From the NCBI GenBank assembly GCA_028289135.1, contig JAQGGW010000008.1:98385-162384 (forward strand): a stretch of 64,000 bases of DNA, written 5' to 3'. The position numbers were made by a program, and so were the translations under genes. Origin of the DNA: Candidatus Saccharimonadota bacterium. GTDB lineage: Bacteria > Patescibacteriota > Saccharimonadia > Saccharimonadales > JACDBH01. Position 1 is the stretch's first letter. Each line of letters opens with the position of its first letter. Shown here one piece after another: positions 27,693-38,080 of this stretch. Below the pieces are notes generated by a model that saw only the letters and a program-made list of their open reading frames with translations, made no database searches and was not told the origin of the DNA.

Positions 27693-27768
27693 AGCGTCGA
27701 CCTATTATAGTTGCAAAAAATACAGGTTTGTAGTATGATATACTTCTTAATTGGAGTTTTAAGAAGTC

Positions 27769-28284
27769 ATGGCCCTCTTTAACCGCAAAAAACCAAGTCC
27801 AACCGTTCTGCCCGAAATCGATAAGTATTACAATGCCGAAAAAAAGGAACGGATGGGGCTGGCATGGATTTTGGCCGTTATCTCAATCGCATGCGTGGCT
27901 CTTATTCTAATCGGCGGTTTCTTCGGCGGCAGATGGGTCTACCGCAAGGTAAACAACAAAAAGACTGGTGTAGCGACCATAACTGCTCCCGCGTCTAAAA
28001 TTACCCAGCAAAAAACTACCTCGACAGATACCCCAGATTCAAGCCCTCAAACACCTTCAACCCCTTCTAGTACTCCTGCACAGACGGCCCCAGTCAAAAC
28101 TCCTACTAACTCAACGCCTACACCTGCGCCGGCAACAACTCCACCTACAGTCCCATCTTCTGTGGTGTCTCCAACCAAATTAGCAAATACCGGTCCCGGC
28201 AGCACGCTGGCAGTATTTATTATCTCGGCATTAGGATTTGCCGGATTGCATAACTTCTTTATCCGCCGTACGAGCAAGAACTAG
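27769..28284 (+). CDS. Pro/Thr-rich surface protein with LPXTG-like (LANTG) C-terminal signal
   Basis: N-terminal TM, P/T linker, LANTG + TM + basic tail. Confidence 0.65.
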   Translation: MALFNRKKPSPTVLPEIDKYYNAEKKERMGLAWILAVISIACVALILIGGFFGGRWVYRKVNNKKTGVATITAPASKITQQKTTSTDTPDSSPQTPSTPSSTPAQTAPVKTPTNSTPTPAPATTPPTVPSSVVSPTKLANTGPGSTLAVFIISALGFAGLHNFFIRRTSKN

Positions 28285-28823
28285 TTTTTAGCAGTAAAAT
28301 CGTTGATCTTTTGGATAACGTCGTAAATTGCGGCGGCTTTGGCCTTTTCGTCTGGTAAGTTTTTGGCAGACTCATATACAGAGGTCAATAGGGCTTGGTC
28401 GTTGGTTTCTTCATATACCATTTTGGCGGTTGCATATTTTTCGTCCTGGGTTTGGTCAAGATGGTTAATAAGCGGTGAAAGTTCGTGCAATGCTTGTTGG
28501 CGAAGGCTGCTAAGGTCTTGCATTGAGTTGCCGGTACTTACAACTGCGGCTGGTGAAGACAACTCTTCGTCTGGGACGGGGGTTACAGGCACTGGGGCTG
28601 GAGCGGACTCAACAGGCGCTTCTTCAACTGGGTCTGGGCTCAGGCTTTCCATTTCTTCAGCTGGCGCTTCGACTGCTGGAGCCGGGAGATTTATCTCTTC
28701 TTGAGGGGCTGGAGCTGCTGGCGCAGGCATTGCGCTAGCGTCCGGAGTGCTCGGCACTACAGATACCTGTACGGTATTATCTTCGGTATTATCATCATTG
28801 TTGTCGCGTCCGAACATGCCCAC
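28281..28823 (-). CDS. Hypothetical protein with acidic/Pro-rich N-terminus and helical C-terminal domain
   Basis: ORF composition. Confidence 0.65.
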   Translation of the reverse strand: MGMFGRDNNDDNTEDNTVQVSVVPSTPDASAMPAPAAPAPQEEINLPAPAVEAPAEEMESLSPDPVEEAPVESAPAPVPVTPVPDEELSSPAAVVSTGNSMQDLSSLRQQALHELSPLINHLDQTQDEKYATAKMVYEETNDQALLTSVYESAKNLPDEKAKAAAIYDVIQKINDFTAKN

Positions 28824-28940
28824 CCCCTTGTTTGTAACTGCTATTTAATGGATAGTATATAGCATAACCGTTGTGAGAAAAAGTGTCACCGACAGACGAA
28901 CGGTTAACGACAAATATAGCAACCAAAACCAGGAGAGAAA

Positions 28941-29990
28941 ATGCTAGACGACCTCAAATATATCCATGATAAAGATACTCATGATGCTCTAGGAACGGCT
29001 GGTAAACAATGGCAGCAGCTTGAACATAATTTTGAACTTCCAGACATCGAAAACAAGTTTAGTAATGTAGTACATTCGGGTATGGGCGGCTCGTCGCACT
29101 GGGCGTACCTTAGCACTGCTTGGCCGGGTTATAATTTGCCGTTTGAAGTGGTCCGCGGCTATGATGCACCTAATTATGTAAGTGACAAAACACTATTCAT
29201 TGCATCAAGTTACTCTGGCAATACAGAAGAAACGTTATCTTCGCTTGCTCAGGCCGAAGAAAAGGGAGCTTTTATAGTTGTTATTTCATCTGGCGGGAAG
29301 CTCGTTGATATAGCGAAAAGTAAAGGCTATCCTTTGATAGAGTTGCCTAAAATAGACAAGCCGCGCTATGGATCCTTCTATGGATTTCGTGGTTTGCTTA
29401 CATTGGGAGACAAGTTAGGAATATTGGCCATCCCTAATGCGTCTAAAGAGCTAGAGAGTAATGCATCTTTTTTGCAATCTGCTATGGATTCATGGAAGCC
29501 GGACGTGCCAACGGATAAAAATCCGGCAAAGTTGCTAGCACACGAGCTAGCCGGCAAATCTATAGTCATGTACGGTGGCCCTTTGCTTTATCCTGCTGCC
29601 CACAAATGGAAGATTAGTTTTAACGAAAACGCCAAAAATGTCGCCTGGGAATATCCTTTCCCTGAGTTTAGTCACAACGAGTTTACGGGTTGGACATCCC
29701 ATCCAGTTGATAAGCCGTACGGCATTGTCTATCTGTTATCCTCGTTTGATAATGATCGTATTAAAAAACGGTTTGTGCTAACAGAAAAGCTACTAAGTGG
29801 ACGTTGGCCATCCCCTGAGCATGTAGAAGCGCAAGGCTCGACCAAGCTTCAGCATTTATTGTGGACGGTGGCGCTTGGTGATTTCGTAAGTTTGTATGTA
29901 GCTTTTCTAAATGGAACTAATCCAATTGAGGTTGGCGATAATGATGTTGTTGAACTTTTTAAGAAAGAATTAGGAAGCCCCAATGCCTGA
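28941..29990 (+). CDS. Bifunctional phosphoglucose/phosphomannose isomerase (SIS)
   Basis: GMGGS, SYSGNTEET, NENAK, PEFSHNE. Confidence 0.9.
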   Translation: MLDDLKYIHDKDTHDALGTAGKQWQQLEHNFELPDIENKFSNVVHSGMGGSSHWAYLSTAWPGYNLPFEVVRGYDAPNYVSDKTLFIASSYSGNTEETLSSLAQAEEKGAFIVVISSGGKLVDIAKSKGYPLIELPKIDKPRYGSFYGFRGLLTLGDKLGILAIPNASKELESNASFLQSAMDSWKPDVPTDKNPAKLLAHELAGKSIVMYGGPLLYPAAHKWKISFNENAKNVAWEYPFPEFSHNEFTGWTSHPVDKPYGIVYLLSSFDNDRIKKRFVLTEKLLSGRWPSPEHVEAQGSTKLQHLLWTVALGDFVSLYVAFLNGTNPIEVGDNDVVELFKKELGSPNA

Positions 29991-30423
29991 TACCGATGTA
30001 CCACAATTTGACCCAAGCGGTTTTACGAATGACCCATATGTAAAAAGGGTAGAAAAACCTTGGGGATATGAGCTTCACTGGGTGCGCGAAGGTGCGCCCT
30101 ACATGGGCAAAATAGAGCATGTTAATGCAGGTGCAAGAATGAGCTTGCAAGTTCATGATCAGAAAAGTGAAAGCTGGTTCATGATGAATGGCAGGGCATC
30201 TGTAATTTGGGAAACCAGTAGTGGTGAGCTGATAGAGACCGAACTTAAAGCCGGCATGGGCTATACAACAAAAGTAGGCCAAAAGCACCGGCTCAAGGGT
30301 TTAACGGATTGCGATATTATAGAAGTATCTACGCCCGAAATGGGTACAACATGGCGGCTTGAGGATGACTATGCGCGGCCAAATGAAACGCCAGACCAGC
30401 GCAAAAAAGAACGTGGCGAATAA
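29983..30423 (+). CDS. Cupin, mannose-6-phosphate isomerase type II-like
   Basis: VEKPWG, SLQVH..KSE, HRL, EVSTP, RLEDDY. Confidence 0.85.
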   Translation: MPDTDVPQFDPSGFTNDPYVKRVEKPWGYELHWVREGAPYMGKIEHVNAGARMSLQVHDQKSESWFMMNGRASVIWETSSGELIETELKAGMGYTTKVGQKHRLKGLTDCDIIEVSTPEMGTTWRLEDDYARPNETPDQRKKERGE

Positions 30424-30428
30424 CCAGT

Positions 30429-31664
30429 TTATTCGTAGCGGAGTGACTCGATAGGGTCTTTTCGGGCTGCCTTAATGGCTGGTGCGGTGCCAAAAATAAT
30501 GCCAATTACGGTTGATGCGGCGACCGCCAAGCCAACAATCGGCCAAGTGGCAACCGGTGTTAAAGATGTGCCAATTCTAATAAAGAAGTTGGCAAGCAGC
30601 GCTACCAAAACACCAATTATGCCTCCAACCAAGCTAATGATGGTCGCCTCAATCGAAAATTGGCTGTAGATCTGGCGGTTGGTAGCGCCAATACTTTTTC
30701 TAACGCCGATTTCACGGGTGCGCTCGGTGACGCTGACAAACATTATGTTCATAATCCCAATGCCGCCAACAATTAGCGAAATTGCAGCAATCCCGGCAAT
30801 AAATGATGTTAACATCGACAAAGTTTTGCCTGTAAGTTTTACCGTTTCGGCCTGCGTTAACACCGTAAAATCTTGTTGGCCACCGTGCGTTTCGCTTAAG
30901 GCATCGGTTACTTCATGGCTTAATGCTTTCTCTGTAATTCCAGCCTTAGGTTTGACTAAAATCTGGTAAATATTGGTAGCGTTTCCGCTAATTGCTTTGG
31001 CGGAGCTGTATGGGATAAAAATGGCTGTGTTTAGGTCGCCGCCGCCGGTGTAGGCATTTGCTCCAAAACTGTCAAAAACACCGCCAACAATAAACTCATG
31101 CCCGCGAAGTAGGGCAACCTGGCCAATTGGGACGTTTTCCTGGAAAAGCTGCTCCGCAACAGTTTTGCCAATTATGGCCAAGTTGCGGTCGGCTTCAGAA
31201 TCGCTAAAAAAGCCGCCGTAACTAATCCTTTGCCCAGTTAACTTGGCAAAATCAGCGCCCGTGCCAATGACGATGCTGTTATATTGCCGGCCGTCTCTGG
31301 TGATAGCTTGGGCGGAAATAGTGCTAAGCGGGGTAGTGCTTTGTACATCCTGGATTTTTGTAATTGCTTGTAAATCTTGGTTGGTTAAGGCGGCCGTGCC
31401 GAATGCGGCTTGGTAGTTGGCGCTGGTAACATTCCCGTTTTTATCCCTGTTTACCAGTTTGCCAGGGCGGACGGTCAGGACATTTTTAGCGCTGGTAGCG
31501 ACGCTGCCGGCTATCTGTTTGCGGACACCTTCGCCCAAAGAAACGGCTGTAATAACTGAGGCAACGCCAATAATAATTCCAAGCATTGTCAGCACACTTC
31601 GCAGTTTGGTGCTTTTAATGGATTTAAGCGCCATGTGTACGTTGCGCCCGGCTAGAATCGTCAT
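30429..31664 (-). CDS. MacB/FtsX-like ABC permease
   Basis: RSVLTMLGIIIG, GGIGIMNIMFVSVTERTREIG, DPIESLRYE. Confidence 0.92.
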   Translation of the reverse strand: MTILAGRNVHMALKSIKSTKLRSVLTMLGIIIGVASVITAVSLGEGVRKQIAGSVATSAKNVLTVRPGKLVNRDKNGNVTSANYQAAFGTAALTNQDLQAITKIQDVQSTTPLSTISAQAITRDGRQYNSIVIGTGADFAKLTGQRISYGGFFSDSEADRNLAIIGKTVAEQLFQENVPIGQVALLRGHEFIVGGVFDSFGANAYTGGGDLNTAIFIPYSSAKAISGNATNIYQILVKPKAGITEKALSHEVTDALSETHGGQQDFTVLTQAETVKLTGKTLSMLTSFIAGIAAISLIVGGIGIMNIMFVSVTERTREIGVRKSIGATNRQIYSQFSIEATIISLVGGIIGVLVALLANFFIRIGTSLTPVATWPIVGLAVAASTVIGIIFGTAPAIKAARKDPIESLRYE

Positions 31665-32560
31665 GATTTATTACCTGTAGTTTTAGCGGGAGTTTTTCGT
31701 TTCGTAGGCGTTTTACGGGCTTTTTTACCAGGCTTTTTGGTTAGTTTCTTACGCCCTGGAGCTGCCCGGGCAGGGATGGTACTCATAAATAGTGAAACGC
31801 CCTCCAGCTGCTCTTCTTCGTCGGTTTTTGGCTTGGCCTGGCCGCCGCTGCGGGCCCGGAGTGGCACTTCGCCAATCTTAGTTTGTTCGTCAAACATAAT
31901 ACCGCCGTCGTGCATGTACAAAACGCGGGTCGCATACCGAGTAAGCTCAGGGTTGTGGGTCACCATCAAGATCGTGCTGCCTTTGGCATGCAGCTCCGCC
32001 AATAATTCCAAGACAATCTTGCTGTTAACACTGTCCAGGTTGCCGGTTGGCTCGTCAGCAATAATGAGGCTTGGGTTGCCGACTAACGCCCGGGCAATAG
32101 CCACGCGCTGGGCTTCGCCGCCGCTAAGGTTTTTTGGCAGGTAATATTCGCGGTCGCTAAGGCCGACATCTTCTAATGCGCGGCCAGCTTGTTTGAGCCG
32201 TTTTGTCTGGGTCATTCCGCGGTAGGCAAGCGGCAGGGCAACGTTATCAAGTGCGGTAAGGCGGGGGAGCAGGTTAAAAGACTGGAATATAAATCCAATG
32301 TGGTCACGGCGGGCTTTAGCCAAACGGTTTGGCCGCAGGCGCGACACCACTCGGCCGCTTAAGGAATAGGTCCCGTGGGTTGGCCGGTCGAGCAAACCGA
32401 TGACGTTTAACAGGGAAGATTTGCCTGATCCGCTGGCACCCATAATTGCCACAAACTCGCCTTTTTTTACAATTAAATTAACCTCGTCCAAAGCCACGGT
32501 GGTAGCATTGCCGAAGCCGTAAATTTTGGATACGTTGGTGAGTTCAATAACATCAGGCAT
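31661..32560 (-). CDS. MacB/LolD-like ABC ATP-binding protein
   Basis: GASGSGKS, LSGGEAQR, ADEPTGNLD; basic C-terminal tail. Confidence 0.92.
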   Translation of the reverse strand: MPDVIELTNVSKIYGFGNATTVALDEVNLIVKKGEFVAIMGASGSGKSSLLNVIGLLDRPTHGTYSLSGRVVSRLRPNRLAKARRDHIGFIFQSFNLLPRLTALDNVALPLAYRGMTQTKRLKQAGRALEDVGLSDREYYLPKNLSGGEAQRVAIARALVGNPSLIIADEPTGNLDSVNSKIVLELLAELHAKGSTILMVTHNPELTRYATRVLYMHDGGIMFDEQTKIGEVPLRARSGGQAKPKTDEEEQLEGVSLFMSTIPARAAPGRKKLTKKPGKKARKTPTKRKTPAKTTGNKS

Positions 32561-32652
32561 GGTTTATTAAGTGTACGCAGTTTGCAATATGTTGTGCAAG
32601 GTATTATTGATGTATTTTTTCAGATATAATGAGCCCTGCACTAAAAACTTAT

Positions 32653-32742
32653 GGAGAGGTCGCATAGTGGCCTAGTGCGCCGCCTTGGAAAGGCGGTAAG
32701 CCCGCAAGGGTTTCGGGGGTTCAAATCCCCCCCTCTCCGCCA
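32653..32742 (+). tRNA. tRNA-Ser(GGA)
   Basis: Anticodon arm CCGCC-TTGGAAA-GGCGG, long variable arm, CCA. Confidence 0.95.
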
Positions 32743-32754
32743 CGATTTAAGGAT

Positions 32755-33231
32755 ATGACTATGCATCCAGATGATTATTTAAATAAAGAAGACGAAACTA
32801 CTATTTATTTCTTTTCTTCACCATACGATGTTTTTAATAACTGGAGTGCTCACACAGTCACTATCTGGGGCAAAGAGTTCAATACTGCAGAGCATGCTTA
32901 TCATTACAAAAAGTTTCAAACTACCAATCCTGCAGTTGCCGAGGAGATTTTTAAAGCACCCAGCCCTTGGGCTTGCTTTCAACTATCCCGTAAATACAAA
33001 ACTGAAGTAGAGCCAGCATGGAATGACAACAAGCTAGCCGTAATGGAGACAATTATCAGGTCAAAAATGGCACAAAACGAAGACGTGGTTGAGCAGCTGC
33101 AAAAAACAGGCAAGCGTATAATTGCCGAAAACTCGCCTTGGGACAATTTCTGGGGTTTAGGGTCTGACGGTACGGGCGAAAATAGTTTGGGTAAGATCTG
33201 GATGAAGCTTCGCTCAGAATTATCTATTTAA
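32755..33231 (+). CDS. NADAR (YbiA) family protein
   Basis: TAEHAYHYKKF, ENSPWDNFWG, GENSLGKIWMKLR. Confidence 0.9.
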   Translation: MTMHPDDYLNKEDETTIYFFSSPYDVFNNWSAHTVTIWGKEFNTAEHAYHYKKFQTTNPAVAEEIFKAPSPWACFQLSRKYKTEVEPAWNDNKLAVMETIIRSKMAQNEDVVEQLQKTGKRIIAENSPWDNFWGLGSDGTGENSLGKIWMKLRSELSI

Positions 33232-33785
33232 AGTTCAATCGTAAAACGCCATGGCTTGTCTGTGGCTTTTTTAATGCCGATCCGCTTTGTGGACTCAATT
33301 TCTCCAATGGGTTTAGCGGGCGGGATAAGTTCCAGCTTTGTGTGAATAAGCTTTTGCCCGCTGTAAGTAGGAGGTATTGCCAAAGCCTGCACCAAGCTTC
33401 CAGGCCCATTTGTCAGCCGTTTTATATCCGTTGTTTTACGATATTGCTGCATTAACTCAATGCCGTGCGTTGGCTTTAATGCACGCAACAAAACCGCCTC
33501 ACCGTGGCCTTCTTGGCCTGTAACAATGTTCAAACACCAGTGCATCCCATAGATAAAGTACATATACAGCGTACCGGCCTCGTCAAACATTGGCATAGTG
33601 CGTTTGGTTGGCCCGCGGAAGGTGTGCGATGCTTCGTCGTCCTGCCTGTATGCTTCTGTCTCAATAATAATCCCGCCAATATCACCAGCGGGAGTGTGAT
33701 GCACGAGCTCCCAACCAAGCAGGTTTTTGGCGCCGTCCACAGAGTTAGATAAATCAGGCAACATGCTTTTATCTTTGCATAACAA
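33228..33785 (-). CDS. 3-methyladenine DNA glycosylase (MPG family)
   Basis: IIETEAY..DDEASH, YFIYGMHWCLN, AVLLRA, GPG, RIGI. Confidence 0.92.
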   Translation of the reverse strand: MLCKDKSMLPDLSNSVDGAKNLLGWELVHHTPAGDIGGIIIETEAYRQDDEASHTFRGPTKRTMPMFDEAGTLYMYFIYGMHWCLNIVTGQEGHGEAVLLRALKPTHGIELMQQYRKTTDIKRLTNGPGSLVQALAIPPTYSGQKLIHTKLELIPPAKPIGEIESTKRIGIKKATDKPWRFTIEL

Positions 33786-33801
33786 ACGCTAGAGTAGAAG
33801 C

Positions 33802-34248
33802 ATGACAAAGTACTGGATAGGGGTTGTGAGTGCCGACCACGTGGCGCTGGCCGTACAAAATGGTTTTATACAGATTGGCCACGGTAAACGAACGGGCGTA
33901 GCGCGGCAACAAAAAGGGGATTGGATTATTTATTACTCCGCCAAAGCAACAATGGACAGCAAAGAACCGCTGCAAGAATTTACCGCCCTTGGCCAGATCA
34001 CCGATGACGAACCTTATCAAGGCTTGCGTCCAGATGGCTTTAAGCCCTGGCGCCGCAACGCGAACTTCGAAAAGGTAAAACCACTCCCAATCCGCCCGCT
34101 ACTCGGCGAGCTTAGCTTTATTAAAGACAAAACCCACTGGGGCGTAGCTTTCCGCTATGGAATTCTCGAAATCCCCGAACAAGACTTTAACTTACTAGCT
34201 GGCCTACTTCGCCAGTTTGCTGATGCTAATGATGACTTACCTTTTTAA
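33802..34248 (+). CDS. EVE domain protein
   Basis: YWIGVVS.DHV...QIGHGK...GDWIIYYS...WG..FRYG. Confidence 0.88.
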   Translation: MTKYWIGVVSADHVALAVQNGFIQIGHGKRTGVARQQKGDWIIYYSAKATMDSKEPLQEFTALGQITDDEPYQGLRPDGFKPWRRNANFEKVKPLPIRPLLGELSFIKDKTHWGVAFRYGILEIPEQDFNLLAGLLRQFADANDDLPF

Positions 34249-34254
34249 ACAGAT

Positions 34255-34800
34255 TTAGCCGAGAGTCAGTTTGAGTTCTTCAAGCGTTGTCTTGATAGCT
34301 GTATTGGTGGCTTCTTCATCGGTAACGTTGCCTTCTAGGTCTATTTCTTGCATGAAGCGGAGGTTTGCTTCGGTTTCGAGCGGTTTAGCACTAATAAGGC
34401 TGCCGAGAACAATTCGTAGAGCTGCAATGGCCTTTGCACCGCCAACCCATCCATAGCCAATCAAGGCAATTGGCTTATCGTTCCATGGCTTTGCCATCCA
34501 GTCGATGGCGTTTTTCAGTACGGCAGTAAAGCTGTAGTTGTATTCGGCTACTAACATAACAACGGCGTCGGATTCTTTAACCATAGCTGTCCATTTGATC
34601 ACGTTAGGATCTGTAGCTTCGAATCCTTCCGCTGCTGGAGACATAGGTGCGTCAAAGAAGGGCAGCGGCATTGTTTTGAAGTCGGCAACTGTAACTTCGT
34701 AATCAGGATAAGTGCTTAGGTGCTCCTGGACTTTGGCAGCAATTTTATCGGCAATCCGGCCTTCGCGCACGCTTGATGTAACTAGTAGTAATTTTTTCAT
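34255..34800 (-). CDS. NADPH-dependent FMN reductase
   Basis: SVREGR, EYNYSFTAVLKNAIDW. Confidence 0.9.
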   Translation of the reverse strand: MKKLLLVTSSVREGRIADKIAAKVQEHLSTYPDYEVTVADFKTMPLPFFDAPMSPAAEGFEATDPNVIKWTAMVKESDAVVMLVAEYNYSFTAVLKNAIDWMAKPWNDKPIALIGYGWVGGAKAIAALRIVLGSLISAKPLETEANLRFMQEIDLEGNVTDEEATNTAIKTTLEELKLTLG

Positions 34801-34817
34801 GATGATTCCTTTTGAGG

Positions 34818-35081
34818 TTAGATTTTGCTGGGGTCAATGCCCATTGAACTTAATAATGCTGAGTTGAGTTCATAACTCTTTTCGGTGCCCTTTTTTTGCT
34901 CCAGTATCACACCGGCGTCCACCAGCTTCGTGAAGTGGTGGCTCATAGCGGGTTGGGATAGGGAAGAGCAGTCCTCGACAATGTCGCAGCCAGACACGGT
35001 GCCGCTGCTTTTTGCGAGCTTGCGGACGATGTCGAGCCGTGTTTTGTCGGCCAAAGCTTTAAAGATGTTTACGTTATCCAT
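34818..35081 (-). CDS. ArsR/SmtB family transcriptional regulator
   Basis: FKALADKTRLDI...LSQPAMSHH..L..AG. Confidence 0.9.
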   Translation of the reverse strand: MDNVNIFKALADKTRLDIVRKLAKSSGTVSGCDIVEDCSSLSQPAMSHHFTKLVDAGVILEQKKGTEKSYELNSALLSSMGIDPSKI

Positions 35082-35163
35082 AACCTATATATAATAATCC
35101 AAACATTTAAATATGTAAATATATAAAAGTAATTCTATCTGTTATTTGGTATACTTATAGGCA

Positions 35164-35841
35164 ATGACTAAGCCAAGAATGAGTATAAAAAGGATCGTTG
35201 GGCCGCTGCTTGTGAGCAGTTTGCTCGGCGTTTTGCTTTATGTTTGCAGGGTTTTGGCCGTGCGAAGCTTTAATTATTGGTATTTGGTGTGGAACTTGGT
35301 GTTAGCTTGGGTGCCGTTATTATTGAGCTATGCGCTTATAAAGTGGCTGCGCATGGGCAGGTGGCTGTCGGTAAAGGGCTTGGCTTTGACGGCTTTATGG
35401 CTGGGGTTTTTGCCGAATAGTTTTTATGTGGTGAGCGACCTGATTCATCTTTCGCCGACGCATGAAATTGGGCTGTTATTTGACGCTGTGATGATCATGG
35501 TTTTTGCCTGGAACGGCTTGCTGCTGGGATTTATCAGTCTTTATCTGGTTCATTTGCAGCTTCGTAAGCGTTTGCAGCCCCGCCTGACCGTTATGCTTGT
35601 TGGGTTTATCCTTGTTTTGTCGAGTTTTGCGGTTTATCTTGGCCGGTCTTTGACCTGGAACACTTGGGATATTATCGTGAATCCAGGCGGCATTTTGCTT
35701 GATGTTTCGGACAGGATTATTAAACCAACGGCTTATCCTTCGACGTTTACGACCACTGTATTGTTTTCTGTCACGCTGATTGCTTTGTACTACACCGTAT
35801 ACAAGCTGGTGGCCGTCATAAGGGACGTCAGCAGAAGCTGA
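35164..35841 (+). CDS. DUF1361-like membrane protein
   Basis: WNLVLAWVP, FLPNSFY..SDLIH, YLGR.L.WNTWD. Confidence 0.8.
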   Translation: MTKPRMSIKRIVGPLLVSSLLGVLLYVCRVLAVRSFNYWYLVWNLVLAWVPLLLSYALIKWLRMGRWLSVKGLALTALWLGFLPNSFYVVSDLIHLSPTHEIGLLFDAVMIMVFAWNGLLLGFISLYLVHLQLRKRLQPRLTVMLVGFILVLSSFAVYLGRSLTWNTWDIIVNPGGILLDVSDRIIKPTAYPSTFTTTVLFSVTLIALYYTVYKLVAVIRDVSRS

Positions 35842-35857
35842 TATACTAAAGGCCAAG

Positions 35858-37516
35858 ATGGAAGAGATAAGCAGAGTCATTTCGGGTTTGGTGCAAAAGC
35901 TATACGGCGAAGAAGTTATAGCAGTATTAACGCGCCCCGAAGAGCAATTTGGCGACTACGCGACCAATGTGGCGCTGCAGCTGGCCAAAAAACTTGGCAA
36001 AAACCCCCGTGAAGTCGCGGAACAAATTGCGGCTGAACTAAAACATGAGTCTGTGATTAAAACAGAGGTGGCAGGGCCTGGTTTTATTAATATTACGCTT
36101 AGCGATGCGGCACTTAGCCAACTAATTAGTGCAACGCCGGCCCAGAGCCTGGCGGGGCAAGTTGTTTTAGTGGAGTATTCCGATCCTAATCCATTTAAGC
36201 CATTACATGCAGGGCATTTGTACACTACATTAGTGGGCGACACAATCGCGCGGCTGATTGAAAATGCCGGTGCAGAGACTCATCGGATTAGTTACGGAGG
36301 GGACGTGGGGCTGCATGTTGGCAAATGCATGTGGGGGATTTTGCAGTTTTTGGGCGGTGAGCACCCCGAAAAGCTGGAAGATGTAGTTGATAAGCCAAAG
36401 TGGCTTGGCGAGCGCTATGTAGAGGGAAACAATGCTTATGAAGATGATGAAGCAGCTAAAGCGGAGATTATAGCCACAAACAAACGGGTCTATGAAATCC
36501 ATAGCCAGAATGACCATGAGTCACCGTTCGCCCAGATTTACTGGACTTGCCGGCAGTGGAGCTATGACTACTTTGAAGTGCTTTACCAGGAGCTGCAAGT
36601 ACACCCTTTTGACCGGGTTATTCCAGAGAGTGAAGTCACGGCACTTGGCATAACTACAGTTCGCGAACAGCTTGCGCGCGGAGTCTACAAAGAAAGTGAC
36701 GGAGCTGTGGTTTTTGAAGGTGAGACGTATGGCCTGCATACCCGGGTATTTATGAACTCCGCGGGGCTGCCAACCTATGAGGCCAAGGACGTGGGCCTAA
36801 TGTTGACCAAATGGCAGGATTATCACTACGACCATTCGTATTACATTACCGCCAACGAGCAAGCCGAGTATTTTAAGGTTATGTTTAAGAGTGTGGAGCA
36901 GTTTTTGCCCGAAGCTGCCGAGCGCGCAGTTAGCATTACGCACGGATTTGTGAAGCTGCAGGGCGGGGTCAAGATGAGCTCACGCAAGGGCAACATCGTG
37001 ACGGCGCTAGAAATCCTAGAGGCCGCCCGCGAGGCAGGCAGGGCAACCGGAACAAATCCTAATGAGGGCACAATTTTAGCCGCGGTTAAGTATGCTTTTG
37101 CCAAGAATCGTATGGGTGGTGATATCGTCTATGACCCAATCGAATCTATCGCCTTAGAGGGAAATAGCGGGCCGTATTTGCAGTACGCGCACGCCCGGGC
37201 GCGGAGTATTTTGCGCAAGGCTGGGGATGCGTCTGTTGAAAGTGGGCTGGCTAATTTTGAGGCGGGCGAAAGAAGCCTGGCGCGAAAACTTGGTGAATAT
37301 GCAGAAGTTGTCGACAAAGCGGCCACAGAGCTCATGCCGCATCACGTGTGCACCTATTTGTACGAACTTGCACAAACTTTTAACCGTTTTTATGAGAATA
37401 ATAAGGTCATCGGCGATCCGCGCCAGACCGAGCGGCTTAATTTGGTAACGCTTTATGCCAATACGCTCAAAAATGGCCTTAATCTCCTTGGTATCAATGC
37501 CCCAGAATCTATGTAG
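35858..37516 (+). CDS. argS: Arginine--tRNA ligase
   Basis: GDYATN, GPGFIN, PLHAGH, MSSRKG, GPYLQYAHAR. Confidence 0.96.
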   Translation: MEEISRVISGLVQKLYGEEVIAVLTRPEEQFGDYATNVALQLAKKLGKNPREVAEQIAAELKHESVIKTEVAGPGFINITLSDAALSQLISATPAQSLAGQVVLVEYSDPNPFKPLHAGHLYTTLVGDTIARLIENAGAETHRISYGGDVGLHVGKCMWGILQFLGGEHPEKLEDVVDKPKWLGERYVEGNNAYEDDEAAKAEIIATNKRVYEIHSQNDHESPFAQIYWTCRQWSYDYFEVLYQELQVHPFDRVIPESEVTALGITTVREQLARGVYKESDGAVVFEGETYGLHTRVFMNSAGLPTYEAKDVGLMLTKWQDYHYDHSYYITANEQAEYFKVMFKSVEQFLPEAAERAVSITHGFVKLQGGVKMSSRKGNIVTALEILEAAREAGRATGTNPNEGTILAAVKYAFAKNRMGGDIVYDPIESIALEGNSGPYLQYAHARARSILRKAGDASVESGLANFEAGERSLARKLGEYAEVVDKAATELMPHHVCTYLYELAQTFNRFYENNKVIGDPRQTERLNLVTLYANTLKNGLNLLGINAPESM

Positions 37517-37592
37517 CAAGTGCAATGTATGTTGTTTTTACCCGCATAAGCGGTTTGTTTTGGTATGATTGGGGTAAATTAAGGAGTTAATT

Positions 37593-38051
37593 ATGGCAGA
37601 AAATGAATCTTCGACCCCCAAAACCCCGCGTGAGGCAAAAGTAGCGGACGCGGCGCGGCTTAAGGCGCTGCGCGAAAACAGTGCAGTCGGCAAGCAGCTG
37701 GGCGGATTTATGGATTTTGTCCGTACCCAAGGAATTGTTGGCCTGGCGGTTGGTTTGGCGATTGGTACGCAGGCTAATTCAACGGTCAAATCCATCGTCG
37801 ATGGTTTTATTACCCCAGTTGTTGGCTTTATTATCGGCAGCCCAAAAGGTCTGGCCGCGGCAACGTGGAATGTTATCGGCAAAGACACAAAAACTACAGA
37901 TTATTGGTTGAGCCTCGGCAACAGGCAGCTCGTTATTGGCTGGGGCGGGGTACTATCTTCACTTATTACGCTTTTGGCAGTTGCGGCGGTTATTTACTTT
38001 GTTGTTAAAGGCTTTGGCTTCGGCAAATTAGACAAGAAAAAAGACAACTAG
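37593..38051 (+). CDS. mscL: Large-conductance mechanosensitive channel
   Basis: FMDFV...[12 protein letters not shown]...SIVDGFITP. Confidence 0.85.
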   Translation: MAENESSTPKTPREAKVADAARLKALRENSAVGKQLGGFMDFVRTQGIVGLAVGLAIGTQANSTVKSIVDGFITPVVGFIIGSPKGLAAATWNVIGKDTKTTDYWLSLGNRQLVIGWGGVLSSLITLLAVAAVIYFVVKGFGFGKLDKKKDN

Positions 38052-38080
38052 TCCGGTCGGGAAGAGCGTATACTAGAGGT

